Positions 23,201 through 37,200 of a stretch of DNA of 64,000 nucleotides are shown piece by piece. The translations under genes were made by a program, and so were the position numbers. The stretch covers positions 173,540,001 through 173,604,000 of the forward strand of contig NC_058368.1 of NCBI RefSeq assembly GCF_018350175.1, in the 5' to 3' direction. The notes beneath the pieces were generated by a model that did not search any database, was not told the origin of the DNA, and saw only the letters and a list, made by a program, of their open reading frames with translations. The DNA comes from Felis catus (lineage: Eukaryota). Position 1 is the first letter of the stretch. Each line of letters starts with the position of its first letter.

Positions 23201-26200
23201 AGGCCTTCAGCACGCCCACCAGCTCTCCTGTGGGTGAGGGCAGAGTTCACAGGGACCCCTGGCCCAGGCATCGGCGGCTTCATCTGCTCTCACCTCCCTC
23301 AACTGCACCCTGGGGGGACCAGATGCCTCACTGGGCCCCAGCCCCAGTGCCTGGCCTGACCCAGGAAGGACTTACCTGGGTCCCTCTCCTTCACCGAGAA
23401 GGAATAGATGGACTGGTTGAAGACGGGCAGATTGTCATTGATGTCCTGTGGGCAGAGGTAGTTCTGAGCCCAGGGACCTCAGGAGCACCCACAGTTCGGC
23501 CTCCCCCGAGCCCATCTGAGAAATCGGTGCTTCCTCTGACCCAAGGCACAGAGGCTGTCAGCGTCTCCTCAGAGATCACCGTCCGCTTTGCAGATGAGAA
23601 AAGGGCCTTTGAGAGGACGGAGCTAGCCCAGAGCGCACACCTGGGGCTCACAGACCGGTCGCGGGACCTCTGAAGCTAGTTCTACGATTTCAGGGAGCCC
23701 CACCTCCTTCTTGTTTCTCTGACCACAGCTCAGAGGCACCTTAGACCCTGCCTTCCAGAAGGGTGGTTGAGTACCCCCATCAGTGTCCCTGCTGGCCCAG
23801 CTCGACTCCCCATCTCTTGGATTTATTGTGTTGGCACCAATGCCACTGTTTCCACAAAGGCCCCGCAGCCCAAGCTTTCCCTTGTCACGTCTTTTCTCCC
23901 GTCCCTCCTGCCCTCAGCCGACCTCAGGACACTCGCTCCTGTGCTCAGGCAGAGCTGAGTTCAGGGTACCTGCCAGGGCTTAGACCTGGTCCTGCCCCCA
24001 GATGCCCACTGTTTTCTGTTCTCACCTTCCTTCTCTGGCCCTGGCCACTCACACCTACAAATGCTACCACTGTTGTTACAGCACAGAGCTTCCTTCCCAA
24101 ACACTGGTGTGTGTTGGGGGGGGGGGGGTGCCCTTGGCTTTTCCAGCCCTTCCCCGGGGTGGCCCACAAGTGTCTGCTTTTGCTTTCAGTTTTTTTTAAA
24201 TAACGGTTCAACAGACATCTTTGAAAACAAAGCCATGTCCCCCTTAACTAGATGTATTTTCTGGGGGTGATTTCCCAGAATGGCATTGCTGGCTCAATGC
24301 ACACGGCCAGCTGCCTCCGAAGTCGCAGGCGTCGCTAAGAGCACAGCTCTGAGTCAAATCCAGCTCCCCCTCGGCTTCACGCATGACTTTGACTTCTCTG
24401 GGCCTCAGTGTTTTCATTCTGCAAGATGGGTCGTAGTGCCCAGTCTAGGGGCTGTTATGAGGACTAGTTCATGGGTGTGAAAGGACCTACTTGCTCAGCT
24501 AATGCAATTCTGCTTGCTTCCTTCTTCGTGACCTACTTCACCCCAAGGACAGCTGAACAAGCTGGCAAGTCCTAATTTGGCTTCTGTTCCTCCATGTTCC
24601 CTGAGGTCTCACTCTGATCCTTGTAGGAGAGCAGTGCATCCCGACCCAGTGGGACACAGGGCTGCTCTGTGGGATGTTGCGGACTGTGCATCGCACAGCC
24701 CTAGGGGGCGCCAAACACATCACGGACATTGTAGAGGTGCACATTTGTTGCAACACTTTTCTGAAGGAAGGTGCCCTGTGGGCTGGTGGCGGCCTTAGAA
24801 CCAGAGAGACTGGGTTCAAAACCCGATTCTGCGACCCTAGGCAAGCTACGCCACCTCTGTGCCTCAGTTTCTTGATCAGTAAAATGGTAATAACCATCCC
24901 TACCTTGCAGGGGCAGGTGTGACGGAAACCCCATAAATGCTGATTTTCATCCCTTCTCTTTACCCCGGAGCGGTGGTGAGGAGCTAGGAGAGTTTCAGGT
25001 AGAACTTTGTGAATGATAATTAGAGCCAATACAGTGAGTAGTTCCTGCCTTATCTGTGGGAGAAACGTTCCAGGAGCCCCAGAGGATGCCTTTAACGGCA
25101 GATGGTACCGAACCCTTATATGTACTGTGTTATTTCCTATACGTATGTACCTATGATAGGGTTTAATATATAAATCAGGCACAGAAAGAGATGAACAATA
25201 GCTGATAATACAATAGAACAATTATAACAATATACTGTGATAACTGATAATGCGAATGTGGTCTCTTTCTCTCTCTCAAAATAGCCTTTTGTCCTGTACT
25301 CATCCTTCTTCCTGTGAGGCTGTGAGATGATGAAATGCCCATGTGATGACATGAAGTGAGGTGGATGACATGGGCGTAGTGATGTAGCGGTGGGTAGCTA
25401 CTGACCTCCTGATCATGTGTCAGAAGGGTCATCTGCTTTGGGGACGCTATTGACTGCGGGTCACTGGAACCGAGGAAAGCGAAACCGTGGATAAGGGGGG
25501 CCTGACTGTATTCACGGAGTACCTTCCTTGGGTCAGGCACTCTTCAAAGCCCTTTCCATTCACTAACTCACTTTAGGTTGTTTTTATCACCATTTTACAG
25601 ATAAGGAACATGAAGGCACAGGGAGTTTGAGTGATTGCCTAAAGCCACACAACGGAGCCAGAATTCTAACCCAGGCAGCCTGGTTCCAGACCCCTCTTGC
25701 CCACCATACTGCAAAGGGCAGGAATGTGACTCAAGTTGGAGGGGGGGGTGCTGGCCGTACGCAATGAGCTCCCCAACACAGGGCCCACCCTGGCACCCCA
25801 CCTACGGCCGAACCAGGCCTTACCTCCACGTTGATGGTGATATTGACTTCAGTGCTGAGGACAGGCACACCACAGTCAGCCACAAGCACGGTCAGCACAA
25901 TTCGGCCCCCCAGGGCAGGCTCAATGGCCTCTCGGTCCAGGGGCCCCAGGTTTCTGAGGATCCCTTTATCAGGGTCCACTGAGAAGTTGTGGCTGTAGGG
26001 GCCAGGCAGCAGGCTGAAATGCAGATGGCTGTTGTTGGTGTCTGGCTGGTCGTTGTCATGAGCCTGTGCGGATAACCAGCATTGGGCCATCAGCTCCCAG
26101 ATGCTCCCCAGCCCCCCTTCTGCAGCCTGTCCTCCCCCTCCAGCACTGGCACGCAAGGGCAATAATTAGGCCTAAAGCCAGTGGGACGCTGGCCAATCTC

Positions 26201-29200
26201 TCAGCCTCAGTCTCCCGTCAGAGGGTCAGAGCAACAGCTTGCAAGAGTTCTGAGGTCTTAAGCTCCTGATGTCAATCATTTGCCCCACAAATATTTCCTG
26301 CCTACCTACCGTGTGCCCAGCCCTGTTCTAGGCACTGGACAATCAAGAGCCATGATCAAGGCAATTCCCTCATGGAGCTGAAATTCTAGTGGAGAGGGGG
26401 CATGGGGGAGTATGTTATAGCTATTCAAAATTCAAAAACAGGGGTGCCTGGGTGGCTCAGTCGGTTAAGCGTCCGACTTTGGCTCAGGTCACGATCTCGC
26501 GGTTGGTGAGCCCAAACCCCGCATTGGGCTCTGCGCTGCCAGCTCGGAGCCTGGGGGCTGCTTCCGATACCGCGTCTCCCTCTCTCTCTGCCCCTCCCCT
26601 ACTTGCTCTCCGTCTCTGTCTCTGTCTCTCTCTCAAAAATAAATAAACATTAAAAAACGAAAAAAGTAACAAAATTCAAAAACAAACAAGTAGGTGCGCC
26701 TGGGTGGCGCAGTCGGTTGAGCGTCCGACTTCAGCCAGGTCACTATCTTGCGGTCCGTGAGTTCGAGCCCCGCGTCGGGCTCTGGGCTGATGGCTCAGAG
26801 CCTGGAGCCTGTTTCTGATTCTGTGTCTCCCTCTCTCTCTGCCCCTCCCCCGTTCATGCTCTGTCTCTCTCTGTCCCAAAAATAAATAAACGTTGAAAAA
26901 AAAAATTAAAAAAAAAAAAACAAGTATAAAATAAGTGTGAAGTCCAACCAGTTTCTGATTTTCCCACAATGACTACTTCAGTGCTGTTGTTTTTTTTTTT
27001 TTAACCCGTTGATTCTTCCCCCAATTCGTGTGTGTACGTGTGTGTGTGTTCCTGTCCCGCCAGGGTCCTGAACACATGTGCTTGGTTTGCCTTCGGGGTG
27101 ATCCAGCATGGAGAATGCATCAGGTTCCTTCAGCCCTTTGCGTATGCCTTCCCCTCACCCCAATGCCTTCTACGCCTCTCTGCCTGACTCCAGGCCAGGT
27201 TGGTGATTGCCCGGGGCCTCTACGTCCCCTGTGCTGTCTTTAACACAGCACGGGTGACACCCTTGGGTGACTCTCTGGCACCCTCCCCTAACTGAGAGGC
27301 GCCTGCAGAAATATGGTGGATTCATCTGAGAGGACCTGGGGCCCAGCAAAGGGGCTTTGAATCCAGGGCTGGGCTACTCTGACTTGGAAGCAAGTCTTCC
27401 TCCTTGCCCATCCCCCACCTTCAGCTCTTTCATCTCAGCTCCACTGGGACTTGGTTATTAAACGCCTCCTGTACAGGCAGCCAGAGATGTTTGCTCCAGA
27501 AGCCTGACCCTGTCTGTTCACCCCTCAGCACTTTGAATTTGGGCCAGCTAATTCACCAAGCGCTTCTCGGGGCTAACGCCGGGCACCGTGGTTACAGCAG
27601 CAGGTCTGAAATGCTCCTGCCCCAAGGAGCTCACAGAGCAGAGTGAGAAGTTATCAAGGAAAAAGAAGAAAAGGCTCAGGTTTCAGGGCAGAGAGGTCTG
27701 AGCTCTGGCTCCAGGGCTGCCTCTTACTCGCTGTGCAAGCCCCCAAAAGTCACTGAACTTCTCTGAGCCTCAGTTTTCTCCTTCTGTGAAATGGGGATCA
27801 TTACAGCATCTGCTTCACAAGTCAGTCGAGACACCAGAGGTGGGAATGTGCCCTGGAAACCACACAGCCCCAGAAATACGAGAGCGTTCTGTGGCCACAT
27901 GATTGTCATTCTGAGGACCTGGTTTCTTTCCCGCTTCTTACAAGACCCCCTTTCAGATGACTCAGGGGAGATGCTTGTCTCTGATGTTTCTTTGGAGCCA
28001 ACAGTGGGTTTTTATCTCATAGACTCTGTGAACCTAGCCACTGATATTTCCTGTGTTGCGTTGGCCATCAGGGAGCTCAGAACTGAATTTTCAGCCCACT
28101 CTTAGCAATTGTGTGGCTCTGGGTTCTAACTTTACCTTTGTGCCCATTAGCAATACCATTCTTATTTTCTCTTTTTCCTTATTTCCCCCCATTTTTACCT
28201 TACTTTTAATCAAAATCACCTCAAGTCCCTTTTGGAATGAAACGGGGGCTGAAATTAAAAAGACCTATATGTTCTTGAGGGCTTGCTCTATGCTAGGCTT
28301 TACACTGAGCACTCTGAATGCATTATCTCATTATTCTCGAGTGGCCGCAATTGTCCTCATTTTCCAAAGAAGAGACGGAGGCCCGGAGAGACAGATTAAC
28401 TTTCTCAAGACCACAGAGGAGAGCCCAGATTCCATCTCAGGGCTGGCATGACTACAGAGCCAGGCTTGGTCCCTTGTCCCTGTTCCACCTGCCAGGTCCA
28501 GGCCGGCTCGCACCTGGATGGTCACAAAGACATTGCCCTCCTCCTGGACAAAGATGTTGTAGGAGCCGGTGACCACAGGCGGGTTGTCATTGACATCCAG
28601 CAGGATGATATGCAGTGTGGTGGAGGTCGACATGTTCCCGCCGTCTGTGGCCTGCAGCGTGAGGTAGTACACAGCCTGCTTCTCACGGTCCAATAGCTCG
28701 CTGTTCCTCACTGTCACTGTCCCTGAGTCTGGATCCACCTCAAAGACGTCTGCCCTGCACAGGGTGGCCAGAGTGAGCAAACAAAAATGTAGGATGCCCA
28801 CTCAAATTTGAATTTCAGGTAAGCAATGAAAAAATATTTCAGTATGTCCCAGGCAATATTTGCAATCTACTTATTCTAAACAAATTATTTGTCGTTAATC
28901 TGAAATTGGAATGTAACCTGGTATCCTATTTGTTACCCACCTACAATAGCCCCACTGTGAGGCAGAGAGGCGGGCCCGGGTCCCGCTCATCCACCTGCCC
29001 CCTGCCCATGCTGAGACCTTACCCGTTCCCCGGAAGCAGGCTGTAGGTGATGCGGCCCCCATCACCCGTGTCAGGGTCGAAGGCCTGTGAGCAGAGAGTT
29101 AGACAATGGGACACTGTTTGGAAATGATGTCACTCCCTGTCAGCTATGCAACTGATGGGGACAGGGCTGTCCTGCTTCTTGACACAAAGGGAGAACCCCT

Positions 29201-32200
29201 AACACACTGAGATTCACAAATAGACTCCCCACGCATATGTGTACACACTGGCTAGGACGTGATGACATCAGGTGACACAGAGACATGGCAGGGTCACGGT
29301 CCCCAGGTCTGCCCTTCTCCATGTCTCTCCTGGCCCAGCCCACTCAGGTCCCCGTCACTCACATGGATGCTGTTGGTGACCACAGTGCCGTCTGGACTGT
29401 TCTCCGAGACACTGAGGTTGTACAAGCTGTGGGTGAATGTGGGTCTGTGGTCATTAACATCCCTAATGTGGATGGTCACCAGGGCAACGGAGGAGTTTCC
29501 ACTGACTGAATCAGTGGCCACGACCTGAAGACAAGGGAAGAGCAGCAGCATTGGGACCAGAGCACCCGTGGACCGCACTCCCCGGCACCCCAGAGCACCC
29601 CTCACCTGCACCAGCATCACTGTCTGCTTCTCGTAGTCCACCAGTGCGGGAGCTCTCACAAGCACCTGCACATCCATTGAGCCCGCCGCCCGCTCGGGGG
29701 AGACACTGAAGGCTTCGGCATCGGGGCCCCTCATGGACAGCAGGAAGGTGCCATTGCTGCCCTGTAGAGTTGGGCATATAGTAGAGCAGAGCCCCCACCT
29801 CCTACAATGCACCAACCTGTATCTTGCCTGTAATCCCTGCCCATAGGCTCCTGCCTCAGGAAGCCCAGACTTCTGAAGTCCCATAGGTGGGGCATTGGTG
29901 GGGGGCTCTCAAAACACTGAGGCAAGAGGGCCCTGGGGAAGCTGGGCTGTGCACTCCCTGCAAATGTGAGCTCATCGGAAGAAGACATCTCTAGGTGCCT
30001 GGACTCCTGGCTTGGGCTGGAGAGACAGAGCCTGGACACATTCCCCTCACTCCCAGGAGACGTTACTGAGTCTTGCTTACGAGCTCCCACTCAACATGCT
30101 CCACCACCCGTACCAACACCAAATACCAGTAATGCCCAACATCACCCCATTACCCATAGCACCCTCCATCCCACACCCCCTCCGCTCTACTCAACACCAA
30201 CCACTAACTCAACACATCTCCCCACCCACCACCACCCAGTGCCGTCCTCCCCTCTACATTTTGTATCAACTCAATATCACCCAATACTACCAAATACCAT
30301 CCATAGGTATTCCTTGCTCAACACCACCCCGCTCAACTTCCACTTAAGAATACTCTCCAACTTAGCACTCATTCAGATCACTTTGTGCTCAGCACTGCCA
30401 TTTCCCCAATATCCAATACTGCCCAACACCCCTCAACTTCACCAACCACCCATCACCACCCCCTCCTCAACACCACTGAAAACTATACTCCATTCAACAT
30501 TATGTAGTATCCGGTATTAACCTCCGCTCAACACTGCCTTTCTTTTCACCACCACCTAGCATTGCCCTGAGCACATGACTACCCATCAGCGTAACATAAC
30601 CCAACATTTCCAAGTATCGCCCAATAACTCCAATTTCCTACCACTGTTCATGATCAGCACCAGCAACACCCACCACTCACCTCCCCACCTTGCATCTTAG
30701 TACCGCGTTCTATGGGTCAGTCTCCACCTCCCTCCCCCAGTCATCTCCCAGCATCACCCTCACCCAACCACCCCTTGTCTGGGTGCACCTGCCTTGTCTG
30801 GGTCGTACACGACCATGGTGAGGTCATCGATGGGGATGCGGGTGGAGGCATGCTCATCAACATAGCCAGTGAAGTTGACTTGGGTGTCTTGGGGGGTGAA
30901 GGTGCAGGCTGGGAGGCTGCAGTTGTAAAACTCGGGTTTGTGATCATTGACATCTGTCACCCTCAGCGTGACCCATATGCTCACCTTGGCATCTTGCCCG
31001 TAGATGTTTTGGTGCTTCTCGGTGGCCTGAGAACAGAGCAGAAGCCAAAGGGCAGCACTCAGAGAACAAAGGCTCAGAGAGAAGGGAGATTTAAGGCCAG
31101 AAGCTGAGAGTTGGGGTGCAAAAGGGGGCAGTGGAGCCCTCACTCACCGTGACCCGCACCTTCACCTCTTCATCCTCCTCCAGCAGCTGCTCACGGTCCA
31201 GGGAACCACTGACCGTGATCACCCCATCTGGCCTGATGTCAAACAAGCCGGGCCTTGTGGAGTCTAGTGACAGGCAGTAGGAGCTGCTGCTTCCAGTGGC
31301 TCTGGCAGAGCCCCCATCCCTCCCCCGGCCTGGGAACACCCCCATTCTCACTGGAAATGCTGTAGATCATCTGGGAATTGATGCCTCTGTCACTATCCAC
31401 AGCCTCCACCTTCAGCACTGAGGTTCCCTGCGCAGAGAACCACCTGGTTCAATGGCCCAGACCCTTTCCTTGCCTCTTGGGCCCACCCAGGCCCCCTCCT
31501 TGTCCTCTAGCACACCTGGGGTGCATCCTCAGCCACAGAGGCTGAGTAAAACTCTCTGATAAATTGGGGGTCCAAGTCCGGCTGGTCGACCACAGAGATG
31601 GACAGGAAGACAGGCGAGGAGCACTGGGTGATGAGGCTGTTGTTGTATATGCCGCCTGAGTCCTGTGGGAGACAGGTCCCTGTGAGCCCGGGCCTCAGGT
31701 CACGGCACCCCTCCGTCTGTGCCCCCACTCACGCAGGCCTCCAGCTCCAGCTGATAGAAGGCACTTTTGTTGTTGTAGCTGAGGTTGCCATTGAGGATGA
31801 TGGAGCCATTGGGCAAGATCCTGAAGAGATGCTGGCTGTCTCCAGTGCTAGGGATGACCTAAGGCAGAGCACAGTCAGGCCAGGCTCCCCTCTGAGAGAC
31901 CTGGGTTCAAATCCTGCCTCTGGTCTTGACCAGTTCTGCCACTCTTACCAGGTCACATAACCTCTCTGAGCCTCAGTTTTCGCCTCTGGGAAATGAGCTC
32001 AGATATTTCATCGGTGGGTTGAGAGAAGGGTCAAATGAAGTAAAGTATGTGCTAGGCACATCATGGGCACTCAGTTAACAGGAGCTATCACTAGCAAACT
32101 TGTCTTCAGGAGAACTGAACACCCCTTGGACAAGACACTGAACATCTCCAGTCGGCCACCAGGCGGTGTGATATGAACTCAGCAAGGGCCCAGACAGTGC

Positions 32201-34255
32201 CCTGGGCAAGGAGGTGAGAAGGAGGGTCCTGTCCACAGCTTGGCCAAGTGAGGTCCAGCAGGGGCCAGCGAAAGGTTTGGGAGCTAGGGCTGGGCCACCA
32301 CAAGAACACTGTCCTCAAGCCGACACTCAAGGTTCTTGCAGGTTGTGTGGGAGAGGCTGCCCCCTGGTGGCTATGAGGGGCAGTGGGCCCTATACTCCCA
32401 GGGACTTGCCAACGCTCACCGCCTGTATGGAGTACACCACGGCTCCTGCAGACTCCGTGTCCGGGTCCTTGGCCATCACAGAGAACACCAGGGAGCCGAC
32501 GGGCAGGGTCTGTAATGAGGAACTCTAATCCATCCCCTCCATAACTGAGCACTCACTTCCCCTCCCTGAGCTTCAGTGTCCCCAGCTGTACCACAGGGAT
32601 AATGTATTCCAGAGCCTGAAACCCAGTGTTCCCCTTTCCCTCCCACCTGGGCTGGGCCAACTGGGGGGGGGGGGAGGTAGGGAGGGGGGAAGGTTACCCC
32701 CTCTTCCTCTCCCCAACACCTCAGCTGGCTTCTGATTTGCAGAGCCCCTCAGGATAAGGATGAGCAATCATTCAGGAACCCAGGATGTGTCACTCCCCTG
32801 CTCAAACTTCCCATGGGCTCTCTGTAGCCTATAGCAGTATATTCCAGACAGCACCCTGCAAAGCTGGAAGGTTCTCTGGGGAGGCCTTTGCCAGCTGTGA
32901 CCTGTCCACACCTTCACTATTTCCACAAAGTGGTCAAAGTGATTTTTGAAAATCATGAATCAGACCACATCACTCTTATGTTACAAACTCTCCAATGTTT
33001 CCCCCATTCTGTCCAGAATAAGGTCCAGACTGCCTCTATGGCCCTCTGAGGTCAGGCCACTGCTCACCTGTCTGACCTCACCTCCTCCTCACCTTCTACC
33101 CTCCGCTCACACCCGCTTCCTGGCTATCCCTAGAACACCCCAAATTCATTCCCAGCTCAAAGCCTTAGAATCTGCTGTCCCACTGACTGGACCATCCTTT
33201 TCCTGGAGCATCCCATGGCTGGCTCCTTCTTGCCAGGTAGGTCTCTGCTCACATGTCACCTACTCAGAAAAACGTTTCCTGGCCACTCAACCTAAACCAG
33301 CCCCCTTCCTGGTCACTTTCCTCCATTTTGTCTTGTTTCACGCTCTTCATAGAACTTAACACTGTCTAAAATAATCCTGCTTATTTAACGTTTCATTGAT
33401 TATTATCAGTACTCTTCATTAGAATGTGAGCTACTGAGGGTGGTGACCAAGTCTGTCTTATTTACCAAATATTCTCAGCACCAAGGACACTGCCGGGTAC
33501 ATAGTAGGTGCTCCATCACAGTCAAATGGCTGCCTGGATTTCACTGGTCTTGTGTCTGGCCTAGAATGGGGTCCTACATCTTATCATCTTCAAAGCCACA
33601 GGGTAATGAAGATCCAGGAGTGATGTTGTATTTGCTGCTCAGGGACCATTGGGGAACCTCCTCCCACACAGGCAGTTCAAGTGGGGCTGTCCTCCCTTGC
33701 TAGAAGGGAGGGCTCATGTACAAACCTAGCCAATCAGAGCATTCCATACCTCTAGGTTCATGGGCACATGACCCAAAATGAGCCAATGAGATTCAGCTCT
33801 GGAGTTTTGGCCAGGACTATGGAGAAAGAGGCACTCTATGTTCAAGTTGCAAAGCCTAGAGTTTCAGAGAACACTTTTATCACCACAAGAGAGAATGGCC
33901 CCCTTGCCCAAAAATGGGGACAACAAGAGAAACAGAGCTGAGACATGGAAAGAAATCTCTTCTTGATCACATGGTTTGAGTACCTGAATCCAGCCATGCC
34001 TAAAGTTAGTGTACCTCTGAATTTTTCAGATACATGAGAAAACCAATTCCTTTAAAAAAAATTGCTTTCATAACTGAAATCATTCTAGTCCAGTCTGACT
34101 GATTAACATGTTGCTGTAACTATTGTTCATGGGGTTACATTCCCCTGGATTTGGTTCCTGCAGCTGCCCCTTCTAAGAGGTGCTTTTCCCTGATCTGGAC
34201 CCCCTGCTGGCTGTCTCTTGTTCTTTGCACTCTAAGAACTTCTGGGATGCCCGCA

Positions 34256-34289
<34 letters not shown>

Positions 34290-37200
34290 ATTAAGGCAGA
34301 TGTTACCTCATTGATTTTGGTGGAGAAGCCAGTATTCTGGAAAACGGGAGCATTGTCATTTCTGTCCTCCACGATCACATGCATTTCCTTCTGCACCTGT
34401 AGGTAGGAAAGCCCAGGTGAGCCTGGAAAATGTGAGCGCTTGAGAAGACAGAGGGAGCAATGTCTGGGTTGGGAGTGCAAGTTGACTTCACCTCTCAGGC
34501 AATTAGGCAATATGTGGGATAATCTTGTATTCGATACAACGTCAAACACCAGAAAAGTTGCAAGTATAGTACAGAAAACTCCCAATACTCTTCATCTAGA
34601 TTTACCCATTGTTTGATTTCTTGCTCTCCATGTGTTTACAGAACTATTTCAGAGTAAGTTGCAGACATAATTAGGTCATTTCTAAAACATCTAAAATGTG
34701 CCTGTCCTATTATAGGAATGGTCATTTTCGCTTGTTTGCCATAATTTGAAGCTGTGAACAAACCTAGGTGTCTATCAGAGGAGACCAGCTAACACAGTAT
34801 GGTACGTCCCCACGCTGGAAAATACTACAAGAAACAGGTAGCTCGTGAGCAGACATGGGCAGAGCTCCAGAGCCAATTGCTGAGTGGACAGCACAGTTCA
34901 AGATAATAAATACAGTAAGATCCCACTTGGGTTTCAGAAAATGCACAAAAACAACAATCTTTCTTCCGTGGATGTATGTATATATCTACATACATACATA
35001 CATACATACATGTGTGTATGTGTGTATGTGTGTGTGCGTGTAAATGCATAGTGAGGGGTGTGAAAGAGCAGTGACCGTGGACGCTTCCGCTGGGGTGGCT
35101 AGGGAAGTGTCATCCCAGGGACTTGAGCTTTAGTTGCAACTTTTGAGATGTTTACGAAGAGAGTATGTTCATGAATATCCAAGTCATTAAAGTGATTTTT
35201 TTTAATGGACAGAGTTTGCGGAATATGTTATGAAGACAAAATCCTCCACTTTCACAGACATAAGGCACAGTGGTTTAAGTGTGTGATTTAGAAACATGAG
35301 CACGGATACCAGCTTGTTCAGCCGAGGGAGTTGAAAGCAATCGGCTCAAAAGAGCTAAGGTAGGGAGGTATTTAGCACCTGTCTTTTATTACCATTTATA
35401 TTAATATAAATTAATATAATTCATGTTATACTTATAAACAGCATATTTATATAACTAAATTAATAATAATATTAAAATCTTGGTAATATTGTGTGACCCA
35501 AAATGGGCAAGTATAATTTGGATGAAAATAAACATCAAATTCAGTTTTTGTTAACTAGGGCCCTCTCTGCTTGCTTGAGGTAGGGGACAGTCAGGAGTGG
35601 CCCTTGGTCCTCCACTCTCCGATCCCAGGACCACCCTGCCCTCCCTTCCCCCCTTCCAACTCACTGGGTTGTTGCGACCGTCGCTCACGGAGATAGTGAT
35701 GGCGAACAGGTAGAGCGTCTGCAGCGGGCAGAGAGGAGAGTCCCTGAGGTGGACTCCTGCTCAGGGTGGGAGCACAGACAGGGCCCCCACCTCCCCGCCC
35801 CCCTCACGGGGCCCTCCCAGGCTGCTGCCCTTTACCTCGTAGTCCAGAGGGCTGGCCAGCTTCACTTCCCCAGTGGCTGGGGTGACACTGAAGAAGTAGG
35901 CAAATTGGCCACTAATCCCATAGGTCAGAGGGTCCTGGTCACGGTCCTGAGCTACCAACCAGAAGGCCTCGGCACCTGAAGGTGGGACAGAGAATGCCCA
36001 CAGTCCATGGTCATTCCGGCGCTGGCCTAGCTGAGCTAGGCTAGGGGCCCTGTGTTCTCTGGGACCTCCCGGCCACCAGGGCTCTGCCCGCTGTGGTCAT
36101 AAATGTCAGGTTTGGCTGTTGCTCCTCAGCACCCACTCTGTGGCCTTTTGATGACATCATGCTGATTTCCTCTACGGTGAGACCCCATCTGCACTGGCCA
36201 CGGCAGGGTGGGCTGTTATCCAAGCATCTCCCTTTCCCCTGGCCCTGGGATTGCCTCCCTGGAATTGGTTGAGAAGAGACCAGAGATGACTGGAATGGAA
36301 GTATCTAGCTGCAGCTGCTGGGTGCATCCTAGACGAGGACCGCTGGAGTCCCTCTGGAGGTGCCTGGGCCTCCTCTAAGCTTTTCCTTCACCCGGAGACT
36401 GTGCCCCCAGAGCCTGCCAGAAACACCGTCTGCACAAATGAGCGTCTACTTGCTGGCCTCCCAGGAGCCCTGGCTCTTTCGTTGAGCCTCCGGAGGGCAT
36501 GTCCCTGGGCAGAGCGGAGGCTCAGAGATAGCGGGGGACTTGAAAATCCCAAGGCCTTCAACTCTCCAGTCTAAAAGAAACTTTTTACAGATTCATCAAA
36601 CCCTGCTCCAGGGCCTCATCTCCTTTATCACATCCAACCTCCGCTCAGCCACCTCCAGCATCAAAACTTACTCTCTCCTCAGCCACCCCCTCCCATTGTT
36701 GGACAAATGTCCATGAGCAAGGGCTTTCTCCATCTCACCAAAGTGTTTCCCTGTAACTCCCACCCACAGGTCCCCAAAGGCCATGAGCTGGGGTGCCCTT
36801 GGGCCCTTGCTACTTGTAGGGGACCCACAAGAATATTTCATTTCTGTCATAAAATATAATTTTCATATTTATTTTGGAGTAAGGGGCTCACAAAGGCAGA
36901 AGTGCCATGTGGCTCAGCGCCCAGCCTGAGGGCCTCAGGGACCCAGTCCTCCCCTTTGCCCATTCATTACAGCTTTTCAGAGACAAGCTCATCAGCGTGC
37001 CCCGGAGTCAGCTTTCTTTAGCCAAACGGTCCCAGCTCCTCCCACAACTTCTTGGACAGCTTGGTTACAGTCCCTCCCCCCAAGCCCCCTCTTCCAGGAA
37101 GACCACCAGACCACTGTTCTGCTAAAAAGATGTTAGTGTCTACTTTATTTTTCCTTGGTCGTGAGACACGCTGTCAATTTAATGACTGTTTTGGGGGGGG

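Noticed and set aside
24538..25540. 227-aa and 121-aa minus-strand ORFs
   Set aside because: Span MIR and MER44-like remnants with no transposase motifs
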